Part shown: piece after piece, positions 56,239 to 64,000 of the stretch | Position numbering within the stretch: position 1 is the first letter of the stretch | Layout: each line of letters begins with the position of its first letter | Assembly: GCA_945883815.1 (NCBI GenBank) | Contig: CAMCYJ010000009.1 | Location: 6,821 to 70,820, forward strand | Length of the DNA stretch: 64,000 nt | From: Akkermansia muciniphila | Lineage (GTDB): Bacteria; Verrucomicrobiota; Verrucomicrobiia; Limisphaerales; UBA9464 | Direction of reading: 5' to 3' | Position numbers and translations under genes: made by a program | Notes under the pieces: model-generated | Seen by the model: the letters and a program-made list of their open reading frames with translations, nothing else | What the model was told of the DNA's origin: nothing | The model's database searches: none

Positions 56239-56727
56239 ATGGCCAGCTTCAACAAGGTTATCCTGGCCGGGAATCTTACCCGGGATCCGGAGTTGCGTTA
56301 CACCCCGAAGGGAACGGCTATCGCTAAGCTTTCCATGGCGGTGAATCGCAAGTGGACCGGTGAAGATGGTCAGACCCGCGAGGAAGTCACTTACGTCGAC
56401 ATCGACGCCTTTGGCAAGCAGGCCGAAGTGATTGCCCAATACCTCCGAAAGGGTGGAGGGTTGCTTGCTGAGGGACGACTGAAGCTCGATCAATGGGACG
56501 ACAAGCAGACCGGTCAGAAGCGCTCCCGCTTGGGCGTAGTCCTTGAGAACTTTACCTTCATTGGTGGGCGCCCCGATGGATCGGGTGGTGGTGGTGCGGG
56601 TCCGATGCCTCCCCCTGCCTCAGGCTCCGTGCCTGGTCGAGTGACGGGCAATCGTCCGGCGCCGGCCGCTCCAGCCCCTGCGGATGCAGAGGGTGGTCCC
56701 CCGGATGACGATGATGTCCCGTTCTGA
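56239..56727 (+). CDS. ssb: Single-stranded DNA-binding protein
   Basis: 162 aa. Has an OB-fold N-terminus (FNKVILAGNLTRDPELRYTPKG), a Gly/Pro-rich linker and the acidic tip DDDVPF. Confidence 0.96.
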   Translation: MASFNKVILAGNLTRDPELRYTPKGTAIAKLSMAVNRKWTGEDGQTREEVTYVDIDAFGKQAEVIAQYLRKGGGLLAEGRLKLDQWDDKQTGQKRSRLGVVLENFTFIGGRPDGSGGGGAGPMPPPASGSVPGRVTGNRPAPAAPAPADAEGGPPDDDDVPF

Positions 56728-56772
56728 TCCCCAACAAGTCCTTTTCAACCGATAATTTAACTCCTATTTCCC

Positions 56773-57327
56773 ATGCCAAAGACAGAAGTCCTCCTCATTC
56801 ATAACGTGGTCGGTCTGGGCGGCGAGTCCGATCTGGTCAAGATCGCCACCGGCTATGCACGCAACTACCTGATCCCTCAGGGCCTGGCAGTGCCGGTTTC
56901 CTTGGGCAACAAGCGCCGGGTCGAGGCCCTGCGCCAGCGCCGCGCAGAGCGCGAGGCCAAGGAACTCAGCTCCATGTCGGAGTTGGGCAAGAGCCTCAGC
57001 AAGGTCACCCTCACCATTGCCGTGAAAACGGGTGATGATGGCAAGATGTTCGGCAGTGTGACCTCCGGGTCGATCGCTGACGCGCTCAAGACCCAGCTCG
57101 AAGTCGCTCTCGACAAGCGCAAGATCCACCTCGAGAAGCCCATCCACGCCCTGGGTGAGTACGAGATCGAGCTGCGTCTGCACCCCGAGGTCCGGTCCTC
57201 CATCAAGCTGGTCGTCAAGAGCTCCAACCCGCTGCCCCCGCCGCCGGTTGAGCCCGTGGCCGAGGTCCCCAAGACCGAGAAGCGCTCCTACAAGGGTGGT
57301 TCCCGGCCCGCGGGCGATGCCAGGTAG
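56773..57327 (+). CDS. rplI: 50S ribosomal protein L9
   Basis: 184 aa. Shows EVLLIHNVVGLGGESDLVKIATGYARNYLIPQGLA and a Pro-rich C-terminal tail. Confidence 0.95.
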   Translation: MPKTEVLLIHNVVGLGGESDLVKIATGYARNYLIPQGLAVPVSLGNKRRVEALRQRRAEREAKELSSMSELGKSLSKVTLTIAVKTGDDGKMFGSVTSGSIADALKTQLEVALDKRKIHLEKPIHALGEYEIELRLHPEVRSSIKLVVKSSNPLPPPPVEPVAEVPKTEKRSYKGGSRPAGDAR

Positions 57328-57390
57328 TTCATTGTAACCAGGGACGCCGAACACGAACTCTCAGAAGTTCGGTTCGGCCGGTCTCCCGAC

Positions 57391-57418
57391 AAACGGCGGA
57401 CTTAGGTCCGCCGTTTTG
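57391..57418 (+). terminator. Rho-independent terminator of the rpsF-ssb-rplI operon
   Basis: An 11-bp stem AAACGGCGGAC / GTCCGCCGTTT with loop TTAG runs into TTTTGCA. A second imperfect hairpin lies at 57346-57378. Confidence 0.8.
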
Positions 57419-57573
57419 CATGGGTGCGCCTGGCAGGGCGCTCTCTCCGATGGATGTACCCGACTTGGCTCGCCTTCGGTCGGGCGCTCGGTTGAGCGAT
57501 TTAGTTGGTGACAAATGATGGTGAGACGGACTCGCTCGTAAAACGAGGCGAGAGCGAAACGTGGGTCTAATTC

Positions 57574-57601
57574 AGGTTCGTCACGACAGGTTCGTAACGA
57601 C
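57574..57601. repeat. Tandem 14-mer AGGTTCGT(C/A)ACGAC x2
   Basis: The copies at 57574-57587 and 57588-57601 differ at one position. They lie in the convergent spacer between rplI and the GNAT gene. Confidence 0.85.
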
Positions 57602-57634
57602 GGAGCTTCGAAGATCTGCCGTAACGATATCTTG

Positions 57635-58171
57635 TCAGCACGATCGATCCAACGGACTCGTATCGACTTGGCTCAGGGCTTTGCGAGAAGAGTTCTGCGC
57701 CAGTTGATTCAAGGCCTTACCAGTCACCCGGCAAATGCGCCATTCAGGCAGGATCTCAGCCCCCTGACGGCGATAGAACCCGATTGCTGATGCGTTCCAG
57801 TCCAGCACGGTCCACTCGAAACGGCCGTAGCCTCGCTCCACGGCCAATTGTGCCAGACGCTGCAAGAGTGACAGCCCGTGACCGCGTCCCCGAAACTCGG
57901 GCCGCACGTAAAGATCCTCCAGGTGAAGCCCAGGTTTCCCGAGGAAGGTGGAGAAGTTGGGATGAAAGACGGCAAAACCGGCTGAAGCCGCGCCTTCAAA
58001 CACCAAGATCACCTCGGCTGCCGGATGAGCTCCGAACAGACATTGCTGAAGCTGTTCGCGCGTGGCTTCGACCTGGTCGCTCAAGTTTTCGAAGTGCGCC
58101 AGGGCCTGAATCAGTTCCAGTATCAGATCGACGTCTTCCACTGTGGCCATTCGCAATGTGGCGTGACTCAT
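57635..58171 (-). CDS. GNAT family N-acetyltransferase
   Basis: 178 aa from the ATG at 58171 (MSHATLRMATVEDVDL; the ORF extends to 58447). Has the acetyl-CoA motif RGRGHGLSLLQ. Confidence 0.85.
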   Translation of the reverse strand: MSHATLRMATVEDVDLILELIQALAHFENLSDQVEATREQLQQCLFGAHPAAEVILVFEGAASAGFAVFHPNFSTFLGKPGLHLEDLYVRPEFRGRGHGLSLLQRLAQLAVERGYGRFEWTVLDWNASAIGFYRRQGAEILPEWRICRVTGKALNQLAQNSSRKALSQVDTSPLDRSC

Positions 58172-58294
58172 GAAGTGACTCTTGTTGGCCATCCGTGGGT
58201 CGGCAATGGCCATCTCCACGGCGGTGCTTTGCAATAGGGTCTCTCGCAATCCGACATTGAGCCCCAGCGAGCAGAGTCTGAGACTGTCGCCTGC

Positions 58295-59149
58295 ATGGCG
58301 ATGAGTGTTGCAGGGCAGTTTAAGGGTTGGACCAAGCCGGGGCCGATTCCGCCCGGAGCTTTGGGTGAGGGACCCGAGGTGGAGGCAGGCGAGAGCCTGG
58401 ATGCCATTAGCGGTCACTTCCGTCTGTTTCAGGCGGTGGAGGGGCATCGGTTCTCCTCAGATGATGTGCTGACGGCTTGGTATGGAACTCAAGGGTGTCC
58501 CTCAGCCGGGTCGGTGCTCGATTTGGGCAGCGGCATTGGGACTGTGGGCATGATTGCGGCCTGGCGGCTGCCGCGTGCGCGTTTCGTGACGGTGGAAGCT
58601 CAGTCGGAAAGTGTTCGCCTCGCACGTAAATCGGCCGCCTGGAATGGGTTGTTGGATCGATATGACATTCGCTGCGGAGATTTGCGCGATCCTTCGGTCC
58701 TGCGTGAGGATGAGCGATTTGATCTCATTCTGGGCAGCCCTCCGTATTTTCCTCTCGGTACCGGAGTTGAGAGCACCCATCCGCAGAAGCTCGCATGCCG
58801 CTTCGAGTTGCGCGGAACGGTGGCCCACTATTGTCAGACAGCGGCCCGTCATCTTGCACCGGGTGGGGTGTTTTCCTGCGTGTTTCCGATTCGTCCCGAT
58901 GAACAGCATCAGCGTGTACGCGATGCGGCACAGGCTGCCGGGTTGGTCATTCTTCGGATGCGCCCTGTGATTCTCAGGGAGGGAGATGGACCCTTGCTGG
59001 GGCTCTTCCTGATGAATCAGGCCACGGACCTTCCGGAGGGTTTACGGAAGCGAACCTGGGTTGAACCGCCTCTCATCATTCGCTGTGCCGATGGTTCGAT
59101 CCACCCGGAGTATTCGGTGGTCAAGTTGTCCTTCGGTTTTCCTCCGTGA
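58295..59149 (+). CDS. SAM-dependent N6-adenine/amino-group methyltransferase (TrmN6/YfiC-like small-domain MTase)
   Basis: 284 aa. Has the SAM motif VLDLGSGIGTVGM and the catalytic GSPPYF. Confidence 0.8.
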   Translation: MAMSVAGQFKGWTKPGPIPPGALGEGPEVEAGESLDAISGHFRLFQAVEGHRFSSDDVLTAWYGTQGCPSAGSVLDLGSGIGTVGMIAAWRLPRARFVTVEAQSESVRLARKSAAWNGLLDRYDIRCGDLRDPSVLREDERFDLILGSPPYFPLGTGVESTHPQKLACRFELRGTVAHYCQTAARHLAPGGVFSCVFPIRPDEQHQRVRDAAQAAGLVILRMRPVILREGDGPLLGLFLMNQATDLPEGLRKRTWVEPPLIIRCADGSIHPEYSVVKLSFGFPP

Positions 59150-59202
59150 AAATTGCGCGGGTGCGTTGCCGGGTCTCGGAGGCTGCCCAGAGCGCCCCGG
59201 CG

Positions 59203-61050
59203 TCAGTGTCCTTCGTGTTCGCGAATGTACTCTTGGCGCAGCCCCAAGGCCTCCGGGGCATGCAGCACGAGCATCTTCATGCGGACGTCTGTCGGCACTG
59301 TGGCCGAGGTGAGTTTTGAAACGACAACCATGAGCCCAATGGCCAGCGGCACGCACCAGATGGCCGGTTGTTCGCACAAGATGCGGAGCAGGGGATGGGC
59401 GGCCCAGAAGTCGCCCAGAGGCAACCACTTGAGGTCGGAGAAGTTGGTGAGCGCCACTGTCAGGAGGGCGCAGACGCCGCCGGTGAGCATGCCGGTGGCC
59501 GCACCCTTCATGGTCATGCCGCGCCACCACACGCTCATGAACAGCAGCGGGAAGTAACTGGCGGCCGCGATGGCGAAGGCTTGCCCGACCATGAAGTTGA
59601 TTTGCAACTGCTCCACGAAACAGCCGAGCAGTGTGGAAACAGCTCCCAGAAGCACTGCACACCATTTGAACATTTGCATCCGCTCTTGAGCTGTGGACTG
59701 CGGTCGCAGGATGCGTCCGTAGACGTCATGCGCCAAAGCACCTGTCATGGAAACCAACAAGCCGCTGAAAGTGCTCATGAAGGCGGCAAAGGCACCTGCG
59801 CACGTCATGCCTGAGAGGATGGAACCCCAGGGAATCGATCCGGAATTGCCGATGGCCGCATCCAGCACCTTGGGCAATTCGAGGACGATTTTGTCCGTTC
59901 CCTTGGCACCGGTGCCCTCGTAGAGCGCGGGCAATAAATTGCGACCCATCACGCCAAAGACCGGTGGGAAGACGTAGAAGATGCCAATCAGGATCATGAC
60001 CCACATGGTGGTTCGCTTGGCGGCAGCCCCGTCCGGATTGGTGTAGAAGCGGACGAGAATGTGCGGCAGACCGGCGGTGCCGCAGACCAGCGCGATGATC
60101 AACGAGTAGGTGTAGAGCAGCGCATACGGTTTGGACTCCTCGGCACCCAGTTTGGCGGCCTTGGCGGCCTTGCTGGTCAGAGGTCCAAAGGGGTTGATCC
60201 AAGCGGAGTCGCCTGGGGCCTTGGCGGACAGCGGTGCCCGCTTCAATGCGGCTGCCATCTCGGTGCTGTGTTGAGACTCCGCGGAGACGCTCTGGGCCGG
60301 GAGGGGGTGGAGTTGGTTGGCCTGAAGGTGCTGGCCGTAGTGTCCTTGGACGGCCATCAGAACGAAGACCGGCACCGAGATGGCGAACATCTTGGCCCAG
60401 TACTGGAAGGCCTGCACGAGGGTGATGCCCTTCATGCCCCCGAGCGCCACGTTCAGCGTAATCACAGCTCCCACCACGACGACCCCAGCCCAATAGGGGA
60501 ACCCTTTCAAGACCGATCCGTCGGCACCGTGAGGCGCGAGGAACTCCAAAAAAGTCCCGCGGAAATCCACCTCCTGGAAGACGTAGGCGAGGGTGGTGCC
60601 AGCGCCCTTCATTTGCGGCATCGTGTAGAAGAATCCGATGAAAAGGACGAACACCACGGCGATCTTCCGAAAGAGCGGAGAGTCGTAGCGTCCTTCGGCA
60701 AAGTCGGGGATGGTGTAGGCACCGAAACGGCGGAGGGGCCCCGCGATGAAGAGCAGCAAGAACAAATACCCACAGGCGTAGCACACCGGGTACCACAGCG
60801 CATCATAACCGCTGGACATCACCATGCCGGCCACACCCATGAAGGAAGCAGCCGAAAGGTACTCTCCGGAAATGGCCGACGCATTCCAACCGACGGAGAC
60901 ACCGCGACCCGCGACAAAGAAATCCGAAGCGCTCTTGGCGCGACCCGCCGCCCAGAAACCCATGCCCACGGTCACCAAGACCGTCAGGGCGCTTAAGGAC
61001 ACGATCCAGGGATCGACCGCGGCAAGCAGTAGGGAAAACATGGTGGGCAA
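59203..61050 (-). CDS. Sodium:solute symporter family protein (cation/acetate symporter-like)
   Basis: 615 aa with about 14 TM helices. Shows FFVAGRGVSVGWNASAISGEYLSAASFMGVAG. Confidence 0.9.
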   Translation of the reverse strand: MPTMFSLLLAAVDPWIVSLSALTVLVTVGMGFWAAGRAKSASDFFVAGRGVSVGWNASAISGEYLSAASFMGVAGMVMSSGYDALWYPVCYACGYLFLLLFIAGPLRRFGAYTIPDFAEGRYDSPLFRKIAVVFVLFIGFFYTMPQMKGAGTTLAYVFQEVDFRGTFLEFLAPHGADGSVLKGFPYWAGVVVVGAVITLNVALGGMKGITLVQAFQYWAKMFAISVPVFVLMAVQGHYGQHLQANQLHPLPAQSVSAESQHSTEMAAALKRAPLSAKAPGDSAWINPFGPLTSKAAKAAKLGAEESKPYALLYTYSLIIALVCGTAGLPHILVRFYTNPDGAAAKRTTMWVMILIGIFYVFPPVFGVMGRNLLPALYEGTGAKGTDKIVLELPKVLDAAIGNSGSIPWGSILSGMTCAGAFAAFMSTFSGLLVSMTGALAHDVYGRILRPQSTAQERMQMFKWCAVLLGAVSTLLGCFVEQLQINFMVGQAFAIAAASYFPLLFMSVWWRGMTMKGAATGMLTGGVCALLTVALTNFSDLKWLPLGDFWAAHPLLRILCEQPAIWCVPLAIGLMVVVSKLTSATVPTDVRMKMLVLHAPEALGLRQEYIREHEGH

Positions 61051-61153
61051 TAGGGAACCAGCCCTGAGGCTACGAGGGGTGGACGGATCGGGTCAACCGG
61101 CCATCCCATCCCAGGGCGGTGAACTTCCTGTTCCGAGCGTCCCAATTTCCGGA

Positions 61154-62659
61154 TTAGGCCAGGATGGGGCGTATCACCTCGCCGTGGACATCGGTGAGGC
61201 GGCGATCGACGCCGTTGTGACGGAAGGTCAACCGGGTGTGGTCGATGCCCAGCAGGTGCAGGATGGTCGCGTGGATGTCGTACACCTCGGTGATGTTGGA
61301 TCGGTCGGCCGGCTTGTAGCCCCACTGATCACTCTCACCGTGGGTGACGCCGCCGCGGATGCCGCCGCCGCACAGCCAGTTGGTGAAGACAAACGGGTTG
61401 TGGTCGCGGCCCTTGCCGCCTTGGGCACAGGGCATGCGGCCAAACTCGGTGGTCCACAAAATGATCGTGTCTTCCAAGAGACCCCGCTGCTTGAGGTCTT
61501 CGATGAGGGCGGCGATGGGTTTGGCCATGCCCATGGCCAGCGGGCCGTGGTCTTGGGCGATGTTCTCGTGCGAATCCCAATTGCGGCGCGGGAAGCTGTT
61601 GTCGTTGCCGGACCAGATTTGGACGAACCGCACGCCCCGCTCGATGAGGCGACGGGCGGTGAGGCATTTCCGGCCCATGATGTCGGTCTCTTCCGGGGCG
61701 TTGATCTCGGAGGGCCACTTCTTCGTGGAGTTGTCGATGCCGTAAGCCTCTTGGATCCAGGCGGGTTCCTTCGATAGGTCCAATGCCTCGGGCGCCGCCA
61801 ATTGCATGCGGGCGGCGAGTTCGTAGGAGCGGATGCGGGCCTCCAGGCGCTGGTCTCCAGGACGTGCTGCCGCGTGGATCCGGTTCAACCGTTCCAAGGC
61901 GGCCAGTCCATCGGTCTCGGACCGGGGCGTGATGTAGCCGCTGTCGGCCGGAGGAAAGAGGGCTTCAATGGGGTTCTCAGACCCGACGCGAATCAATGTT
62001 CCCTGATGTTCAGCGGGCAGGAACGCGGAGTCCCAGTTCTTCGCGCCGTTTGAGGGCATTCCGCGCAAGTCAGGCATCACCACGAAGGTGGGCAGGTTTT
62101 CGTTCATGGAACCCAGCCCGTAGCTGGTCCAGCAACCCACGCCCGGAAATCCCGGAGTCAGGAATCCGGTGGCCTGAAGCAAGGTCGCCTGCGAATGGAC
62201 GCCGCTCTTGCCCACCAGATTGTGGACGAAGGCCATGTCGTCGACACAACGACCGAGGGGAGACACCACTTCGCTGAGGTGTTTTCCACTTTGCCCGTAA
62301 GGCTTGAACTTCCAGGGGGAGGCGAAGGTCGAGCCCAGTCCATCTTGAAAGAGTTCCACGGCCTCGCCGGGATCCCATTTCTCACCATGGTGTTTTTCGA
62401 GGAAGGGTTTGTAGTCCCACAAATCGACATGGCTGGCAGCACCGGCCATAAAGAGTTGGATCACTCGTTTGGCCCTGGGGCGCGCGAGCGGGGGCTTGGC
62501 TGCCGATGTCGTCGCCGCCGGACCTGCCAAGAGCGCTTCCCGCTGCAGCAGCGACGTCAGGGCGATGCCCCCGAGCCCGCCGCCTGAGCGCCAGAGGAAC
62601 TCACGACGCGATACCGGCGTGGTGCCGGTCGGGCGATGCCAGGGCGAGGGATGGTTCAT
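61154..62659 (-). CDS. DUF1501 (sulfatase-like) protein with a Tat signal
   Basis: 501 aa. Has the twin-arginine signal SRREFLWRSGGGLGGIAL and a C-terminal block typical of DUF1501 (TEFGRMP...GRDHNP). Confidence 0.9.
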   Translation of the reverse strand: MNHPSPWHRPTGTTPVSRREFLWRSGGGLGGIALTSLLQREALLAGPAATTSAAKPPLARPRAKRVIQLFMAGAASHVDLWDYKPFLEKHHGEKWDPGEAVELFQDGLGSTFASPWKFKPYGQSGKHLSEVVSPLGRCVDDMAFVHNLVGKSGVHSQATLLQATGFLTPGFPGVGCWTSYGLGSMNENLPTFVVMPDLRGMPSNGAKNWDSAFLPAEHQGTLIRVGSENPIEALFPPADSGYITPRSETDGLAALERLNRIHAAARPGDQRLEARIRSYELAARMQLAAPEALDLSKEPAWIQEAYGIDNSTKKWPSEINAPEETDIMGRKCLTARRLIERGVRFVQIWSGNDNSFPRRNWDSHENIAQDHGPLAMGMAKPIAALIEDLKQRGLLEDTIILWTTEFGRMPCAQGGKGRDHNPFVFTNWLCGGGIRGGVTHGESDQWGYKPADRSNITEVYDIHATILHLLGIDHTRLTFRHNGVDRRLTDVHGEVIRPILA

Positions 62660-62811
62660 GGGAAAGTTGTTTTTCCGAGTCCGAGGCTACTGGTGGAAAG
62701 ATGCGAGCACTCCGGTCTTTTGTCGACGCACTCCTGTCAGCCTTCGTCGTGCCGGGATGCCGGGGCGATCGGAGGGAGGTTTGTGTCAATAGTGAGGACC
62801 GACCCCTTGGG

Positions 62812-64000
62812 TCAGTGTTTCCCGAGCGAACCGGCCAGGGTGAAGATGGGTAGCAGCAGGCCCAGCGCGAGGAAGCCGATGCCGGCGGCGACCAGACACA
62901 AGATCACCGGTTCGATCAGGCGGACGGATTGATCGACTTGCTGATTGGTGCGGCGTTCGACGGTGTTGGCGATTTGCAGCAGCACCTTGTCGAGTTTGTT
63001 GGATTCTTCGGCCACGGTGATCATGGCCATGATCTGGTCGGGAAAGAGCCCGCCTTGTGACAGAGGGCCGGAGAGGGATTTGCCATCGCGGATGCTCTCC
63101 GCGGCGATGGCGATCTTTTCGCCCAGCAACCGCGAGCCCGTGGCGTCCTTGGCGATCTTGAGCGCTCCCAACATGGGGACGCCATTGGCCAGCATGGTGC
63201 CGAGGATGCGGCAGAAACGCGTGATGGCCAGCATCTTGAGGGCGGTGCCTACCACGGGAACGCGATGTTGCCAAATTTCCAGGGTGCGTCGGGAGGACTC
63301 CTTGCTCAGGGCTGAAACGAGGGCTCCGACCAGACCTGCGAGAACCAATGCCACGATGTACCAGTAGCTGCGAAGAATCGTGCTGGCTCCGAACAACAAC
63401 ACGGTGGGCAGGGGTTTTTGGGCGCCCGCGAGCAAGGGCTCGAATTTGGGGACGAAGAAGATGAGGGCGCCGGCCATGACCGTGGCTCCGAGGGCCGAGA
63501 GCAGGGCCGGGTAGATCATGGCTCCCATCACCTTGGCCCGGAGTTCATCGAGGCGTTCCAGAAACTCAGAGAGGCTTCGCAAGACGTCCTCGAGGAACGA
63601 GGCCCGTTCACCGGCCTGGACCATCGAGGTATGGAGTGGTGGGAAGACCTCCGGGAATTTTCGCAGTGCATCGGTCAGGGTTTGTCCGTCGGCCACTGCG
63701 GTGCGGACCTCCTTGAGAATGGCTTTCAGCTGACTGTTGACCGTGGACCGGATGAGTGAATCCAGCGCCCGCAGCATGGGCACGCCCGAACCAATCAAGT
63801 CGGCCAACTGTCCGTACATCATGCCAATGTCCCGGCTGGAAACGCGTCGGCGCTTCGATTGGGACGCATCGGCGGAAGCAATGTTGACCGGGAAGAGTTG
63901 GCGCTCGCCCAGGATCCGCACCGCAGCACCCTCGCCCTCGGCTTCCAATTGGCCCGAGACTTGTCGTCCGTCGGCGTTGAGGGCGGTGTAGCGAAACTTG
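62812..64000 (-). CDS. gspF: Type II secretion / type IV pilus platform protein GspF/PilC family; 5' end outside window
   Basis: The frame stays open to nt 64000. The GspF-type N-terminus KFRYTALNADGRQVSGQLEAEGEGAAVRIL is read from the window edge. The T2SSF domain is duplicated. Confidence 0.88.
   Translation of the reverse strand, partial: KFRYTALNADGRQVSGQLEAEGEGAAVRILGERQLFPVNIASADASQSKRRRVSSRDIGMMYGQLADLIGSGVPMLRALDSLIRSTVNSQLKAILKEVRTAVADGQTLTDALRKFPEVFPPLHTSMVQAGERASFLEDVLRSLSEFLERLDELRAKVMGAMIYPALLSALGATVMAGALIFFVPKFEPLLAGAQKPLPTVLLFGASTILRSYWYIVALVLAGLVGALVSALSKESSRRTLEIWQHRVPVVGTALKMLAITRFCRILGTMLANGVPMLGALKIAKDATGSRLLGEKIAIAAESIRDGKSLSGPLSQGGLFPDQIMAMITVAEESNKLDKVLLQIANTVERRTNQQVDQSVRLIEPVILCLVAAGIGFLALGLLLPIFTLAGSLGKH

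Noticed and set aside
1-64000. Search for mobile elements, integrases, reverse transcriptases, Cas genes, restriction-modification or known multi-gene defence systems
   Set aside because: None of the ORF translations shows transposase (DDE), tyrosine or serine recombinase, RT (YxDD), Cas, helicase-nuclease or STAND-NTPase signatures. The only defence-like loci are the two ordinary type II TA pairs. The MTase at 58295 has no adjacent nuclease and looks like a TrmN6-type RNA methyltransferase.

Overview
High-GC chromosomal segment, most likely from a PVC-superphylum bacterium (Verrucomicrobiota-like). That assignment is an inference from a PVC-type haem-binding CxxCH dehydrogenase, a DUF1501 protein, a lamin-tail-domain protein and secreted proteins ending in RF[FY]RV. 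About 60 densely packed protein genes, mostly housekeeping. They include mutS; an aa3-type cytochrome oxidase cluster (cupredoxin, ctaA, ctaB, subunits I, III, IV, two micro-ORFs, subunit II, SCO, DUF420); ispG-rseP; a DevCAB/MacAB-like exporter with TolC; prs-rplY-pth; and rpsF-ssb-rplI. Several tightly coupled metabolic operons are also present: RidA/D-TA/ABM/Fe-ADH, SIS/beta-propeller/ComB, and rph/histidine phosphatase/prmA. I saw no rRNA, tRNA, CRISPR array, transposase, integrase, reverse transcriptase or phage gene. The only mildly accessory stretch is 7.2-15.4 kb: VapBC, a 1198-aa haem-binding protein, an AbrB-Doc module, and an ECF sigma factor fused to a membrane/periplasmic domain plus a coupled paralogue. 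I did not find a convincing complete new system. The best second-look candidates are: (i) the 608-nt A/T-enriched, repeat-dense gap between pth and rpsF, with a strand-specific double-helix hairpin or five-box array; (ii) the sigma-fusion/paralogue pair; (iii) two conserved-looking micro-ORFs inside the oxidase operon, which is led by a blue-copper protein. All functional calls rest on motif recognition in the translations. No database search was run.
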